Positions 30,425 to 42,250 of a stretch of 64,000 bases of DNA are shown piece after piece; position 1 is the first letter of the stretch, and every line of letters starts with the position of its first letter. This DNA comes from Callorhinchus milii. Its lineage: Eukaryota. The position numbers and the translations under genes are program-made. The notes below the pieces were generated by a model. It saw only the letters and a list, made by a program, of their open reading frames with translations. It ran no database searches and was not told where the DNA came from. The stretch spans positions 5,394,001 through 5,458,000 of the forward strand of contig NW_024704761.1 in the NCBI RefSeq assembly GCF_018977255.1. The letters are read 5' to 3'.

Positions 30425-30529
30425 ACTTGCACTTCTAATGTTTTAACACTGTACATTCTGTAACTTGTTCTACTAAATAGTTTACTTTTAGGAAATAATA
30501 TGTTCTTATGTATAGCAAAATGCTTAAGA

Positions 30530-31060
30530 CCAACAACAACAACAATTTGTATTCATATAAGGCCCCTTACATAGGGTAGCATCCCAGAGCGCTTGACAGT
30601 GGCGGAGAAGTGACCATAGGCACGGGCGAAGAGGAAGGTCTTCAGGCGCGATCAGAAGATGGGGACGGAAAACACAAGGCAGAGGGATAGTGGAAGAGTG
30701 TTCCAGAGTTTCGGGGCATAGTGGCTGAAGGAAGGAGGAACAGAAGGCACGAGGGACATGCAGGAGGCTTGAACCAGTTGAGCGCAGGCAACAGGTAGTG
30801 GGCTGGGGAGCAAGCAGGTCGGGGAGCTGGGGAGGCGACAGGGCATGAAGGGATTTGAAAACGAGTGTGAGGATCTTGAAATCGATCCTTTCGGTGATAG
30901 GGAGCCAGTGGAGCCTGGTTAGAACTGGCGTGATGGGAGTACGGAGTTTAGTACGGGTGAGTGTGCGGGCGGCGGAGTTTTAGATCAGCTGGATTTTGTG
31001 GATGGTGGAGCTAAGGAGATTGATGAGGAGGGCATTTAAAAAACAAGAGTCGGGAGGTGA
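30530..31060 (-). mobile_element. L2 LINE fragment
   Basis: Minus-strand SHYAPKLWNTLP and upstream L2 ORF2-like sequence; (CAA)n tail on +. Confidence 0.75.
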
Positions 31061-31679
31061 TGGGAGGGGCGGGAGGAGAAACCGTTTGTAGAGACCATTT
31101 TCCTCTAATAGCATACAATCCAGCTCTCATACCTAAATAGCTAGTTATTTGACAAAAGGAATATATTCATTACTTGTTTCTGTCACAGAAATTAAAATTA
31201 TGTTTCTGAGAAAAGGACGTCGATTTTACTTGCTGCTTCATATTTTTACACATAAATGTAAATTATTCAAGTATTTTTTGTCTGATTTGTTTTGGAAGAG
31301 TTTATATTCCTTCTTTATATTGTTCAGACCCCATTCACTATATTGGGGATTATTCTTGTCACGTATCCCTTGAGCGATTTAGTTTCGGGTGACAAAGGTT
31401 ACAATGAAAGATTAAGAAAATGTGACGTGTTTCCTTTGGAATGTAGATTTAAAGATAACAAATGTAACTTGATGAGTTTAACTGCAAAGGTCAATCCAAA
31501 CAAATTGTCCAATGAAAGGTTCAAATATAAATTTATGTGGCAATGGAATAGTGACAGATAAAATATGGAAACAGGATATTTTCAGTATGGAAGCAGACCA
31601 TTTGAGTTATTATGTTGTGTCACTGCTACCTGCTTTTCAAAATAATTTGTATTATAATAATAATAAGAGAAAGAAGAAG

Positions 31680-31880
31680 AGTTCTGTAGCTCAGTGGTTA
31701 GAGCACTCGCCTCGCAAGCAAGAGACCTGGGTTCGATTCCCAGCAGGGCGAAATGTTGGGGAAGTTTCCTTACTCCACACACCTCTGTTTACCCAGCAGT
31801 ACGTAGGTACCCGGTCGTTTGTCGATTGATTGATCGCTTTTTTGGGAATAATAATTCCTTCAAAAAAAAATAATAATCAT
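31680..31880 (+). mobile_element. tRNA-derived SINE, 5' part
   Basis: TGTAGCTCAGTGGTTAGAGCACTCGCC...GGGTTCGATTCCC head continuing into the SINE body. Confidence 0.75.
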
Positions 31881-33000
31881 TTTCAGGTCATCTTTGAGGC
31901 CAAGGACAACGCAAGCTCCTCCACATCAAATCACATCCTCCGTTTCCAACCGCCCAAGCTTCTTGCACAGGTTGGATACACAGTCTTCCTGCCTTAACAT
32001 CTGTGGCGAGCGCGTTAAAGACTGTTGGCGTTAAAGTACAAAGGAGAAAGTTTAACTGTTTCCAGGTCACTAAGGCCATTTAACACAGCGACCTGATTTA
32101 CTTCTGAATCATGTTGTAAATGCGTCTCCTTTACTATAACATTTTCGGGAGATTTAGCTGCCATGTCTTGTAATTGGTTGGGATCACAGGGAACTAAAAC
32201 TTGTAAGAGAATAAGAATTTGCCCGGTGAAAGAAGCAACTTCCATCCAGTTCATCTTCTACATCTTGACAGTTGCTTGACATGTTGTTTCCAAAACTATG
32301 TATTTTATCCTGATATATTATATATGTACTTCTGATACCAATTGATATATATGTATATATGTAGATATGCATACATTGTCCCTCCATTGTGTGAATGGGG
32401 CCATAGGAATGTGACTCCGGGATTGATGTCGTCATCATCTAAATCACCCCAATTGATATCAGCATCATTATCATCTTTTGTAGAACCCTCTTTTAAGGCA
32501 AATATGGTTCCCCTTTGGGCTGATAAGAGTTTCTTTCAGTTTATTGATGACTTTTAACATGACACACGCGATTCAGATTCTCCCATTTTAGTTTCACGCA
32601 ATTGTTGTGTTTTTAGGTTAAACGCGGCTTTTAAGTCCGAGTTTTTGCGCTGCATTTGATTGATTTTTCGTTCTAATTCTCTTTTCCCTGCACCATGTGC
32701 TTCCTTTTTAAGTAACTCACCAGACACTGACACAGAATGATCCATGTGACCTATTCCTCCATTTGACTGGGTCTTTCTTTATTCTCCTGATCTAATGCCT
32801 ATTCTAATCCTGCAACTCGTTGCACACTTTTGGCAGCTTTGTTGCACCAAACGAGTTTGACCTGTTTGTGCTGCTCGACTTCTTCTATTAGCTCTCCAAA
32901 CTTGGCTCTCTCTTCAGTCAATAAATTATCCAAGTGTACATTAGTTGCTAACAGGATTTAAAGCCAAACAGCTATTTCTTTTTCAACTTTTTCACAATTC
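31880..33000 (-). mobile_element. Degenerate LTR-retroelement / ERV gag-like fragment
   Basis: Broken minus-strand ORFs with a coiled-coil stretch (ELERKINQMQRKNSDLKAAFNLKTQQLRE), an acidic stretch and LVPCDPNQLQDMAAKSPE, reminiscent of fish retroviral Gag. Many stops and frameshifts; no LTR seen. Confidence 0.35.
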
Positions 33001-33314
33001 ACTTTACAGTATATTCTGCGAAGCGCTTTGAGACGTCTTGAAGACACGATAAGGCGCTATGTCAAATGCAAGGATTTTTTTATTATTATTATATGCTTTT
33101 AGATTTTGCTTATTCTTGCCAAATGTTGAAAAATGGTTTAAACCTTATCCAAGTGTGAGAGCATTTGCGAGAGGAATATATTGTGTAATTTCTGAAGCGT
33201 CTCAAAAATTTATTCTCAAAATTATCAATATATTCATTCAGCTCAGATATACCTTTTAGACCAATGCAAATGTAATTTATTCACTTTTAAATTATTGTTT
33301 TTTTTCCAATAGTA

Positions 33315-36300
33315 ATGGATCTATACATTAAAAAAATGGAAAACCTAACAAGAAGTGCTGCCCAGTTCATTTGTGTGTCTGTTGAACTAATTTGGATGGC
33401 TGTTGAGAAAAAAATACTCTCCAAAACCAAAGGAGACACCTACACAAAAGAGGTGATAGTTTTTTTTAAAAAACTTTTTGTAATCATGGCCTACAGAAAG
33501 CTGACATTTCTTATTCTTGATCATATAATGTTAAAATTCCTTTTGTGTGTACAATTTAAACTTAAAGAAAATACTGTGAGTAAATCATAAGTATGTGATA
33601 TTGCACATTACATTGTATATCCCTCAGTGTTATTTATTGATGTACTGCAGGCAACAACTCAATACAAAATGGTGCTAAATATATTTCCTTTTGTTTTGAT
33701 TTTTCAGTAAAGCTGAAGAACTAAATTCTGCTTTTTTTTTCTTTTTATAGATTCTTCACACAATTTTCTTTTTGTCATATATTAATCAGCCTTCCATCAA
33801 ACCAGAAGAAATCTTGACAGGAAAACGACTGACATATTTGTTTTCTTTGTACCCCGATGCATTTGATCGATACAAAACATATCTACCAACACGTCCACCT
33901 TACTCAATACTACTCGAAATTGTAAGTTTTAATAGTTAATAATAATAATCCTTGCATTTGATATCGCGCCTTATCACATCTTCGAGATGTCCCAAAGAGT
34001 TTCACAGAATATACTGTAAAATGAATTGACTGAATATTTTGCAGGAAAAATGAGGCAGCCAATTGCGCACAGCAGTGTCCCGCAAACAGTCATGGATTAA
34101 GAGTGACCAATTTAATATTACTTTTAAAAAATGGAATGGATTATTACTTCCGGAAAAGCGAACCGTCAATTGACTAACAACCGGGTTCACTTACTGCTAG
34201 GTAAACAGAGGCGCGTGGAGTAAGGAAATTTGCCCAACGTTTTGGCCTGCCTAGGTCCTCTCGTTTGCGAGACAAGTGCTCTAACCACCGAGCTACAGGA
34301 CTCCACGACAATTAGTGGGAACTTTGATGCTAAGAAGTGAATTTCACAATGGAGGGTTACCATTACATGTATAAAAGAGTTATATTTATTGTATATTACA
34401 AAAAAAACTAGGTTCAGACCCTAAATACAGTATATCAAAACAAACTTTAACGAATATAATAAAAATACAGCAAAGTTGAGAAAAATGACAAGCACCTGTA
34501 AAAGATGAAGAATTGCACCTCTATTTCTTTCATAAAAAAATGTTTCACTTGAGAAAGCATTCCTTTTAGGGAACACAAGACTAGTCTAAGAGGTGCTGTG
34601 GAAATCAGATCTATTCTTTGTGGGTGTATTTGTGGCAGATTTCTGACTGTTGATAGTACTTTCCCTTATCATTCACATCAGGAATGACATTCTGATTATT
34701 AATTGTAAAATTGAATCATCATCAATTACATTATTTTCTGTTCCTGCTCCCCTCCCTTCATTGTTTCCTGATAAGATTTTATTCAATTATGTATTGTGCT
34801 GGCCTCACGTACCCTTCCTAATCAACATTGTTTCTTTGCATAAAGGTGTTTCTTAAATGAGTTCAGTGCTATTTCATTCCACTTTAAGTTCAGTTACAAA
34901 GAATTTTTAAAAAGCCGATTGATAAATATAGGAGCCTCTTCACTTCATCTTCATAAAGGGATTTATAATAATTTATAATAATCCCTCCAAAAACCAAAAA
35001 CAATAATAAATTGGTCATTTTCAATCTACGACTGTTTGTGGGACATTGTTGTGCGCAATTGGCTGCCGCGTTCGCCCACAAAAAGTCAATTCACTTTACA
35101 GTGTGTTCTGTGAAGCGCTTTGGGATGTCCTCCCGACGTGAAAAGCGCTATATCAAATGCAAGGATTATTATTATTATTATTATTATTTCTGTTTCTTGA
35201 GGAGTTATAGAAAGTTTTAAGTTACGTTTTAACAACATGAAATCTATTAAGGTTATCAACTTCATTCTGTACAACTTAAATTTATAATTGTTTATATTTC
35301 AGGTTGTGAAATGCCAAGGAAGCGGAGATGCAAACAAAATTCTGAATTTCCTATGGATGCTAAATGAGAAAATGTTGGCCCCACGGACTCACTGGGAAAG
35401 TAGGATGTCTGAAGATGATTTCTCATTTATTTCACACGTCATCAGCTGTTGCTATTTCCACGATACAATCACAGATAATAAAACTGGATATTTTTGGGGT
35501 GGTTCAATTTCGTGCAAAGGGAAACTTCAGAAAGATATTATGATAGACATATTATGCTGTCAGAGATGGAACAAGGCTGTTACTTTGGCAGTGTACACAG
35601 CTTCAACATGTGAAAGGCAGGCTATCATGCTTCCTCCTAATCTACATACAACAGTTTATGAGAAGGTGCACAACAGAGATCATGTGAAAGATGCGACAAG
35701 AAATGACATACTTTCTCATTTTAGATGGGAAGCTGTAAATTGTCACTCACATACTTCCGTAAACAGTAAAAAATCTTTTTGGAAATACTATTTCACTAAA
35801 AAAGCACCCTGTCAAAAATGCCTTTTTATGTTTCCAGATATGAATTATGAACAACGACGACAAACATATAACATAATATGGAACTATGGCAATTGTGCTG
35901 AATGTGACTCTTTGAGCAGTCTTCTCAATGCCCACAGTGACATCTTAAATGGAATAACCATTCATCCACAAAGTGGATTAACCTCAAATTCTCAAAAAGG
36001 AATTCAGATCCCTGAAATCTCTCTCTTCATTAATGTAATAAAACAAAGACTTAAATTTAATCTGAAGTCATTTCATATTAATCTGGACCGTGAACTTTTA
36101 TTCTATGACCCAACTGAATTTCAGGCTTCTAGGGAGAAATCAAATGCCCTTAGTTTGGTGGACTTGTTTAGTTCCACTGTGGCCAAAGCAAGACAATTAA
36201 GCCAAATAGTAAATCCTTTTTGGCAACCACTACTTTCAAATCCATTGCCTATTCTAGTACCTGACTCCAGGTTATATTCTCCTTCAGCTCCCAACGTCAA

Positions 36301-36760
36301 ACCATTGCCTGTTCCAATTGGCAATTTCAATTCATGCATTAGTTTGTCTCCACAACCGAACAGTAATTTGTTGAAGCCCTCGTCAACCATTCCTGGTACT
36401 TTACACCTCCATCCATCAGTTCCTTTTCTGTTGCCTACTCCAGTTTTAACACAACATAATCCCAGTTTCAATTACTACAGACTCCAGACTTCACCTTTAT
36501 CATGGCACCAATCTCCACTTAAGGCCTGCTCTAGTCACATGTTTAGTTGTCCCACTAAGTCGCCTTACATTCATGATCGCTCACAGTCTTTAAATCATAT
36601 CAATGGTCAGCCCCAGACCCAAATTGGCTTTTATGGTTTACTCCAATCTCCAATTAGAATCTGCCATCAATCCCAGTCCCCAATTCACAAAAAGCAAAAA
36701 TCCCAATCTGTAAAGTGTTCACCTTCAATCAAAGGTGCAGGCTCTAAAATCAAAAAATAA
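33315..36760 (+). CDS. Uncharacterised deaminase-like protein A (PCQKC...GNCAE, reversed Zn-ligand order) with a long Pro/Ser/Gln-rich C-terminal tail, about 588 aa
   Basis: Exons 33315-33452 (ATG at 33315), 33751-33921 (171 nt) and 35303-36760 join in phase 0 with AG/GT sites. Clearly homologous to the gene at 48-52 kb: ILHTIFF..KPEE..YP..F..Y.T.LPT..PYSI.LE, G.S.SC, PCxxC, W.xGNCAE..S.S.LLNA. The true 5' end may include further upstream exons. The deaminase assignment is inferred from motifs. Confidence 0.8.
33940..34305 (-). mobile_element. tRNA-derived SINE, full length (intron of deaminase-like gene A)
   Basis: Tail, body and head of the same family in reverse orientation. Confidence 0.8.
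34975..35190 (+). mobile_element. SINE 3' half
   Basis: Near-identical to 2000-2195 and 37925-38150; ends in (TTA)n. Confidence 0.8.
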
Positions 36761-37296
36761 TTTACAAGACAGATGAAGAAGCCTCTTTTTGTGCCACCGT
36801 ACTGTAAAACTGCTTAAGTGAATTAAATGTCCTCACCTCAATTGCTCCTCCTGTTAGACTGCGAAAATAGATATTTTCTGAAATCTGTCAGCAAACTTTC
36901 CATAATCCTGATCCCCCAATCACAATCCTTATACTCCTCATCAAAATGAACACTGCTCTCTTGCCAGCAAACGCAGCTTTAAAATAACAGACTGTACATA
37001 AACTACAAATACATGACACGTAGCGTATATGATTTGAGCTCTTTGTGACAATCTTTTACGTGAAAGAAGCACAATATGAACGCAAGTGGCTTTTGTGCAC
37101 GTGCTGCGCGCGTGTTTTGACAGTTTTCCGCGAAACAGACGGAATCAATCCGTGAAGTCGATGTGCTCTGCAGTTTTTCCTGTGTGCTTTTCATTCCGTG
37201 TTGAATTGTTTTAAGGTCATAAAAAACGATGACAGTAAATGGGGCCGATTGAGCGTATGGAGTCTCTGCTGGTGTTTTTTTTACCCAGGGAGAGAG

Positions 37297-37323
<27 letters not shown>

Positions 37324-37327
<4 letters not shown>

Positions 37328-38150
37328 CTTGTAGCTCAGTGGTCAGAGCACTCGCTTTGCGAGAGACCCGAGTTCAATTAAATCAAATTAAATTAAATTA
37401 AAGCAGGTCAACAACAACAACAACAACAACAGGGCCAAACCTTGGCCAAGTTTCCTTACTCCCACACACACACACACACACACAGCCTCATAATAATCCC
37501 TCCAAACCCCCCAAAAAAAAAACAATAATAAAAATTGGTCATTTTCCATCCGCGACGGGTTTTGGGGGGGGCGGGAGGGAACGCTGCTGTGCGCCATCCG
37601 CTGCCGCGTCCGCCCGCAACTCCACGGTCGATTCACTTCGCAGCGCGTTCCGGGAAGCGCTTTGGGACGTCCCCCCGACGCGAAAAGCGCTATATCAAAC
37701 GTGAGGATTAGTATTATTATTAGTAGTGTTATTATTCTGAGATAACAACAACAGATGGCACCTGTTTTAGCGCCCTTCATGTCGGAAAGACATCCTTGAG
37801 ACACGCACAGAGACACTCACACACAGACACACAGTCGCAAACACATAGATTTCCAGGCAGGGCGAAACACATTTCCAGGCAGGGCGAAACCTCGGGCAAG
37901 TTTCCTTACTCCACACAGAGCCTAATAATAATCCCTCCAAAAAACCAAAAACAATAATTAAATTGGTCATTTTCAATCTACGACTGTTTGTGGGACATTG
38001 CTGTGCGCAATTGGCTGCCGCGTTCGCCCACAAATATACAGTCAATTCACTTTACAGTGTGTTCTGTGAAGCGCTTTGGGACGTCCTCCCGACGTGAAAA
38101 GCGCTATATCAAATGCAAGGATTATTATTATTATTATTATTATTATTATA
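37324..38150 (+). mobile_element. Two adjacent SINE copies (37324-37720 GC-shifted; 37850-38150 consensus-like)
   Basis: Both align to the window's SINE family and end in (TTA)n-type tails. Confidence 0.8.
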
Positions 38151-40620
38151 GAGAGAGAGAGAGCGACACAATCTTAACAGCGGGGCCTACGAGTGGCGCG
38201 AAGCCTTATTCCTCGCTGGCGGTCCCGCGCGTTCAGAGCCTCTCCGCCCGCGGAGGCCGAGTTGACAGACAGCGGCCGCTCCTACCCCCGGGGCCGCTGT
38301 TCGCTTCGCCGACCGTCCGTTGGCGGTCGTTCCTTCCCGAAGGCCCGCGTCACCCTCCCCCGGGCCCGGGCCCGGGCCCGGCCCCGCCCCGCGGGGGAGG
38401 GCTCAGGCATTAGTGTCTCGCAGGTCCGTCACCCCCGCCCGGACTGACGGACGAGTGGGCGTGTCGGTGGGCGTGTCGGGCTGAAGCCACGCTGTGCGCG
38501 CGCTGCGAGGCTCGCGCCCCGCCTCCCGCCCCGCCCCCCGCTCCCCTCCCCCTCCCTCCCCCGCTCCCCTCCCCCCACCCACCAACCGCCACCGCCCCCA
38601 GTGACTCGCGGAGCCCCGAAACCGATTGCGATCGCTTGAGTTTCTCTGCGCAGTCGAGAGAGACAGAGAGCGGAAGACAGACAGACAGACAGAGGTAACG
38701 AACGCACAGCCGCGCCGGCCCGAGATTCGCTGAGAAAGAAGAGAGCCGTCTGGCTCTTGTTTTTGTCTGTGTGTGTGTGTGTGAGGTAAAGGGGTACGTC
38801 GTGTGGGGGAGGGGTACGTCGTGTGTGTGGAGGAGGGGTACGTCGTGTATGTGGGGGCGGGGTATGTCGTGTGTGTGTGTGGAGGGGTATGTCGTGTGTC
38901 GTGTGTGTGTGGGAGGGGTATGTCGTGTGTGTGTGTGTGTGTGGGAGGGGTATGTCGTGTGTGTGTGGGAGGGGTATGTCGTGTGTGTGTGGGAGGGGTA
39001 TGTCGTGTGTGTGTGTGGGAGGGGTATGTCGTGTGTGTGTGGGAGGGGTGTGTCGTGTGTGTGTGTGGGAGGGGTATGTCGTATGTGTGTGGAGGAGGGG
39101 TATGTCGTGTGTGTGTGTGTGGGAGGGGTATGTCGTGTGTGTGTGTGTGGGAGGGGTATGTCGTATGTGTGTGGAGGAGGGGTATGTCGTGTGTCGTGTG
39201 TGTGTGTGGGGAGGGGTATGTCGTGTGTGTGTGTGAGGGGTATGTCGTGTGTGTGTGTGTGTGTGTGGGAGGGGTATGTCGTGTGTGTGTGTGTGTGGGA
39301 GGGGTATGTCGTGTGTGTGTGGGGCGGGGTATGTCGTGTGTGTGTGTGTGGAGGGGTATGTCGTGTGTCGTGTGTGTGTGGGAGGGGTATGTCGTGTGTG
39401 TGTGTGTGTGGGAGGGGTATGTCGTGTGTCGTGTGTGTGTGGGAGGGGTATGTCGGTGTGTGTGTGTGGGGAGGGGTATGTCGTGTGTGTGTGGGAGGGG
39501 TATGTCGTGTGTATGTGTGTGTGGGGAGGGGGGGGTTAGTTGATGGGTCATCCGCTGTGTGTGTGTGTGTGTTGCGCAAACGCTCACAAGGCCTCGTCAA
39601 ACCGCCCACAGAAAACATGTCGCAGCTGGAAATTAGGCCCCGGAAAAGCCTCTCCGCCGCTTCCGCCGCCGCCGCCGCCTCGGTTTATTGCTTAAAATGG
39701 TTACTTGTCCGTGGAGGGGGGGGAGGAGGGGGGGTAATGGTTGTGGGAGAGGGAACAGTGGGGGGGGGTTCGGGGTGAGAACTACAGGTCTTTTAAAACA
39801 AAATCTTGATAATAAAATTTGATCCCTCGATCCACGACTGTCTGTGGGTGGGGTGGGGGGCGGGTGGGAGGGGCGCTCATCAAACGCTCTGGGACGCCGT
39901 CCCCAAACTGCTGCTGTTGTTGCTGTTGTTGTTGTTGTTGGACGCTCCTGGGCGCAACATGGGCTGCACAGGCTACCCACAGTCACTACACTTTGCGGCG
40001 CGTCCCGCGAAGCGCTTTGAGAAACGTCTTATCAGGCGCCGTATCGAGCGCCAATAATTGTTGCTGTTGTCGTCGTCGTCGTCGTTGTCGTGGTCGTCGT
40101 TGCAAAGAGTCGAGTGGAAGAAAAAGGCGAGGTGTTGATTTCATTTTAATTTTGAAACGTACGCAGTTTGGCCGGCGGCTGTCTACGCCCTTTCGTAGCC
40201 GGTAGCCAGGCACGACCTGGCTCTGCGTGGGCGGGCGGCTGAGTTGCGAAACGCAGGAAGTGAGATGTATTTTTTTTCTCTCTCTGGGCCCGAGCAGGAA
40301 AACCCCCGGCCCGTGGTTTCTTTTGGTGGTTTTCCGCAAGCGGGCTGCGTTTGGAAGTTTTCCGTGACTTTTTTTTTAGCGCACAAAAAAACACACTTCG
40401 GGGTTTTTTTTTTTTCGCACCGCATCTCACGCGCACGCGTCAAGACATCCCAGTGATCGAGTGACAGACACCCCCGAGGCTCCTCGTCACAAAATGGTGC
40501 CTCGGCTGCCGATCACAAAATGGGTGCAGTTCCTAGGGTTGCTTCGGAGACGGCTGTTGGGTTCTCTTAAGCGCTCCCGGACACTTCCCTCCGTGAAGGG
40601 CGTTATATAGATCCAAGTTG
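38150..40620. promoter_or_regulatory. CpG island / probable promoter region upstream of the SUKH/US22-like gene
   Basis: Very GC- and CpG-rich at 38150-38760 and 39550-40620, with GC boxes (GGGCGG/CCGCCC), an ETS-type CAGGAAGTG near 40255 and a candidate splice donor (agagGTAACG) near 38695. Interrupted by a minisatellite. Confidence 0.65.
38790..39530. repeat. G-rich minisatellite, unit GGGAGGGGTATGTC(GT)n, about 27 copies
   Basis: I counted about 27 occurrences of the GGGGTAYGTCG core, separated by variable-length GT runs. Confidence 0.95.
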
Positions 40621-40934
40621 TTTTTGGAGAGGGCGAGTGTTTTAAAATCGATTTTTTTTTTTTTTCTTTAGTCTCTCTTTGAGTCGTTATACGTTTTGGA
40701 TATGTGACCTCCAATCGAGATTCTCTTGGTTCTTGAATCAACTAACCTGTCAAACGCAAGGTTTGTTTCAGTCTTCTGTTACGAAGAGCGAACAGTTTCG
40801 CCCCAACCTTTACAATTGTCCTTGTCGTTCTGAACCCACTCCTATGCGTAAATGTACAACAAAATACACAACCATTGCACTTTATAAATATAAATAATAA
40901 TCCTTGCATTTCATATAGTGTTTTTCACGTCTTC

Positions 40935-42250
40935 TAGACAACAACAACAACAAGATTCCATTTATAAAGCGCCTTTCACGTCAGGAGGACGTCCCAAGGC
41001 GCTGCAGAGTTGGGTCATGACCCGAGCAGGGGGGAAATGGTCATGGGGAGGGGAGGGAGCGAGGAGGGGGTAAATGGTCAGGGTGAGGGGAGGGGAGGGA
41101 GCGAGGAGGGGGAAGAGAGTCGAGAGGGGAGCTGAAGGCTCGGTCACAGAGAAAGGTTTTGAGACCGGCCTTGAAGGAGGAAAGGGAGGAAGCAAGGCGA
41201 AGGCACTGGGGGATAGAGTTCCAGAGCCTCGGGGCTGAGAGGCTGAAAGCCCGACCACCAATGGTCAAAGCGCTTCCCAGAATATACTGTAAAGTGAATT
41301 GACTGTATATTTTGTGGTTGAAACGTTGCAGCCAATTGTGCACAGCAGTGTCCCACAAGCAGTCGTGGATTGAGTGACCAAATTATTTTTTTGAAGGATT
41401 TTTATCCCCCAAAAGCAATCTGCCTTTACTTTGCAGTAAATCCCTGTGAAGCACTTTGAGATGCCCTCCTACCGTGAAAACCACTATGCCAAATGCAAGG
41501 ATTATTATTTTATTAACCCCATTGCTTGAGTTTTAGATGTTAGGTGGGCACAGGTACAGTATTTCTAAACTATATTGCTTGTTGGATGCAATGTGCTGTT
41601 TTATGAAATTGTGCTTCTTTACCTGACCTCATATGATATTTCCCCCCATTTCAGAAATCCAAATTGATCTTGATGGCTGTGACTACAGTACAGATCATGT
41701 GAGTAAACCCTTCCACTACATGTTGAAACCAATTGCTCTTCACTGATATCGGTACTTCAAAGGTTGATGGGTATTTGTTTAAGCTCTTCCTGCTTGATGT
41801 GTGTATCAGCTGCAATATTAATATACAGCGAAACTTGCATAAGTCTGATCTGTATAAATCGTACAATCACCTACAACAACAACAAGATTCCAATTATAGA
41901 GCGCCTTTCACGTCGGGAGGACGTCCCAAAGCGCTGTCCAGTTGGGTCAGGACCCGAGCAGGGGGGAAATGGTCAGGGTGAGGGGAGGGAAGGGAGGAGG
42001 GGGTAGAGAGTCGAGAAGGGAGCTGAAGGCACAGTCAAAGAGAAAGGTCTTGAGACCGGCCTTGAAGGAGGAAAGGGAGGAGGCGGCGAAGCCACTGGGT
42101 GATGGAGTTCCAGAGCCTCGGGGCTGAGAGGCTGAAGGCCCGGCCACCGATGGTAGGGCGGTTGGGGCGGGGGATGTGGAGCAGACCGGAGCCAGAGGAA
42201 CGGAGGGTACGGGCAGGTAGGTAGGGGGATAGTAGGTCAGAGAAGGGAGC
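40935..42250 (-). mobile_element. Two related L2 3' ends (40935-41265 and 41871-42250) plus SINE pieces
   Basis: Both encode [18 protein letters not shown]...[11 protein letters not shown] on the minus strand, with (CAA)n tails on +. Confidence 0.8.

Noticed and set aside
35303-36760. Calling the deaminase-like genes AID/APOBEC or SNAD members
   Set aside because: They lack the HxE-before-PCxxC order and the SWSPC-type motif, and show no obvious signal peptide, so no gene symbol was assigned.
38790-39530. Repeat-spacer appearance suggestive of a CRISPR array
   Set aside because: The spacers are only variable GT runs, the context is eukaryotic and there are no cas genes.
38403-39778. Long His/Thr/Pro-rich and Val/Cys/Gly-rich ORFs (up to 402 aa) on both strands
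   Set aside because: They are translations of the stop-free GGGAGGGGTATGTC(GT)n minisatellite, open in most frames.
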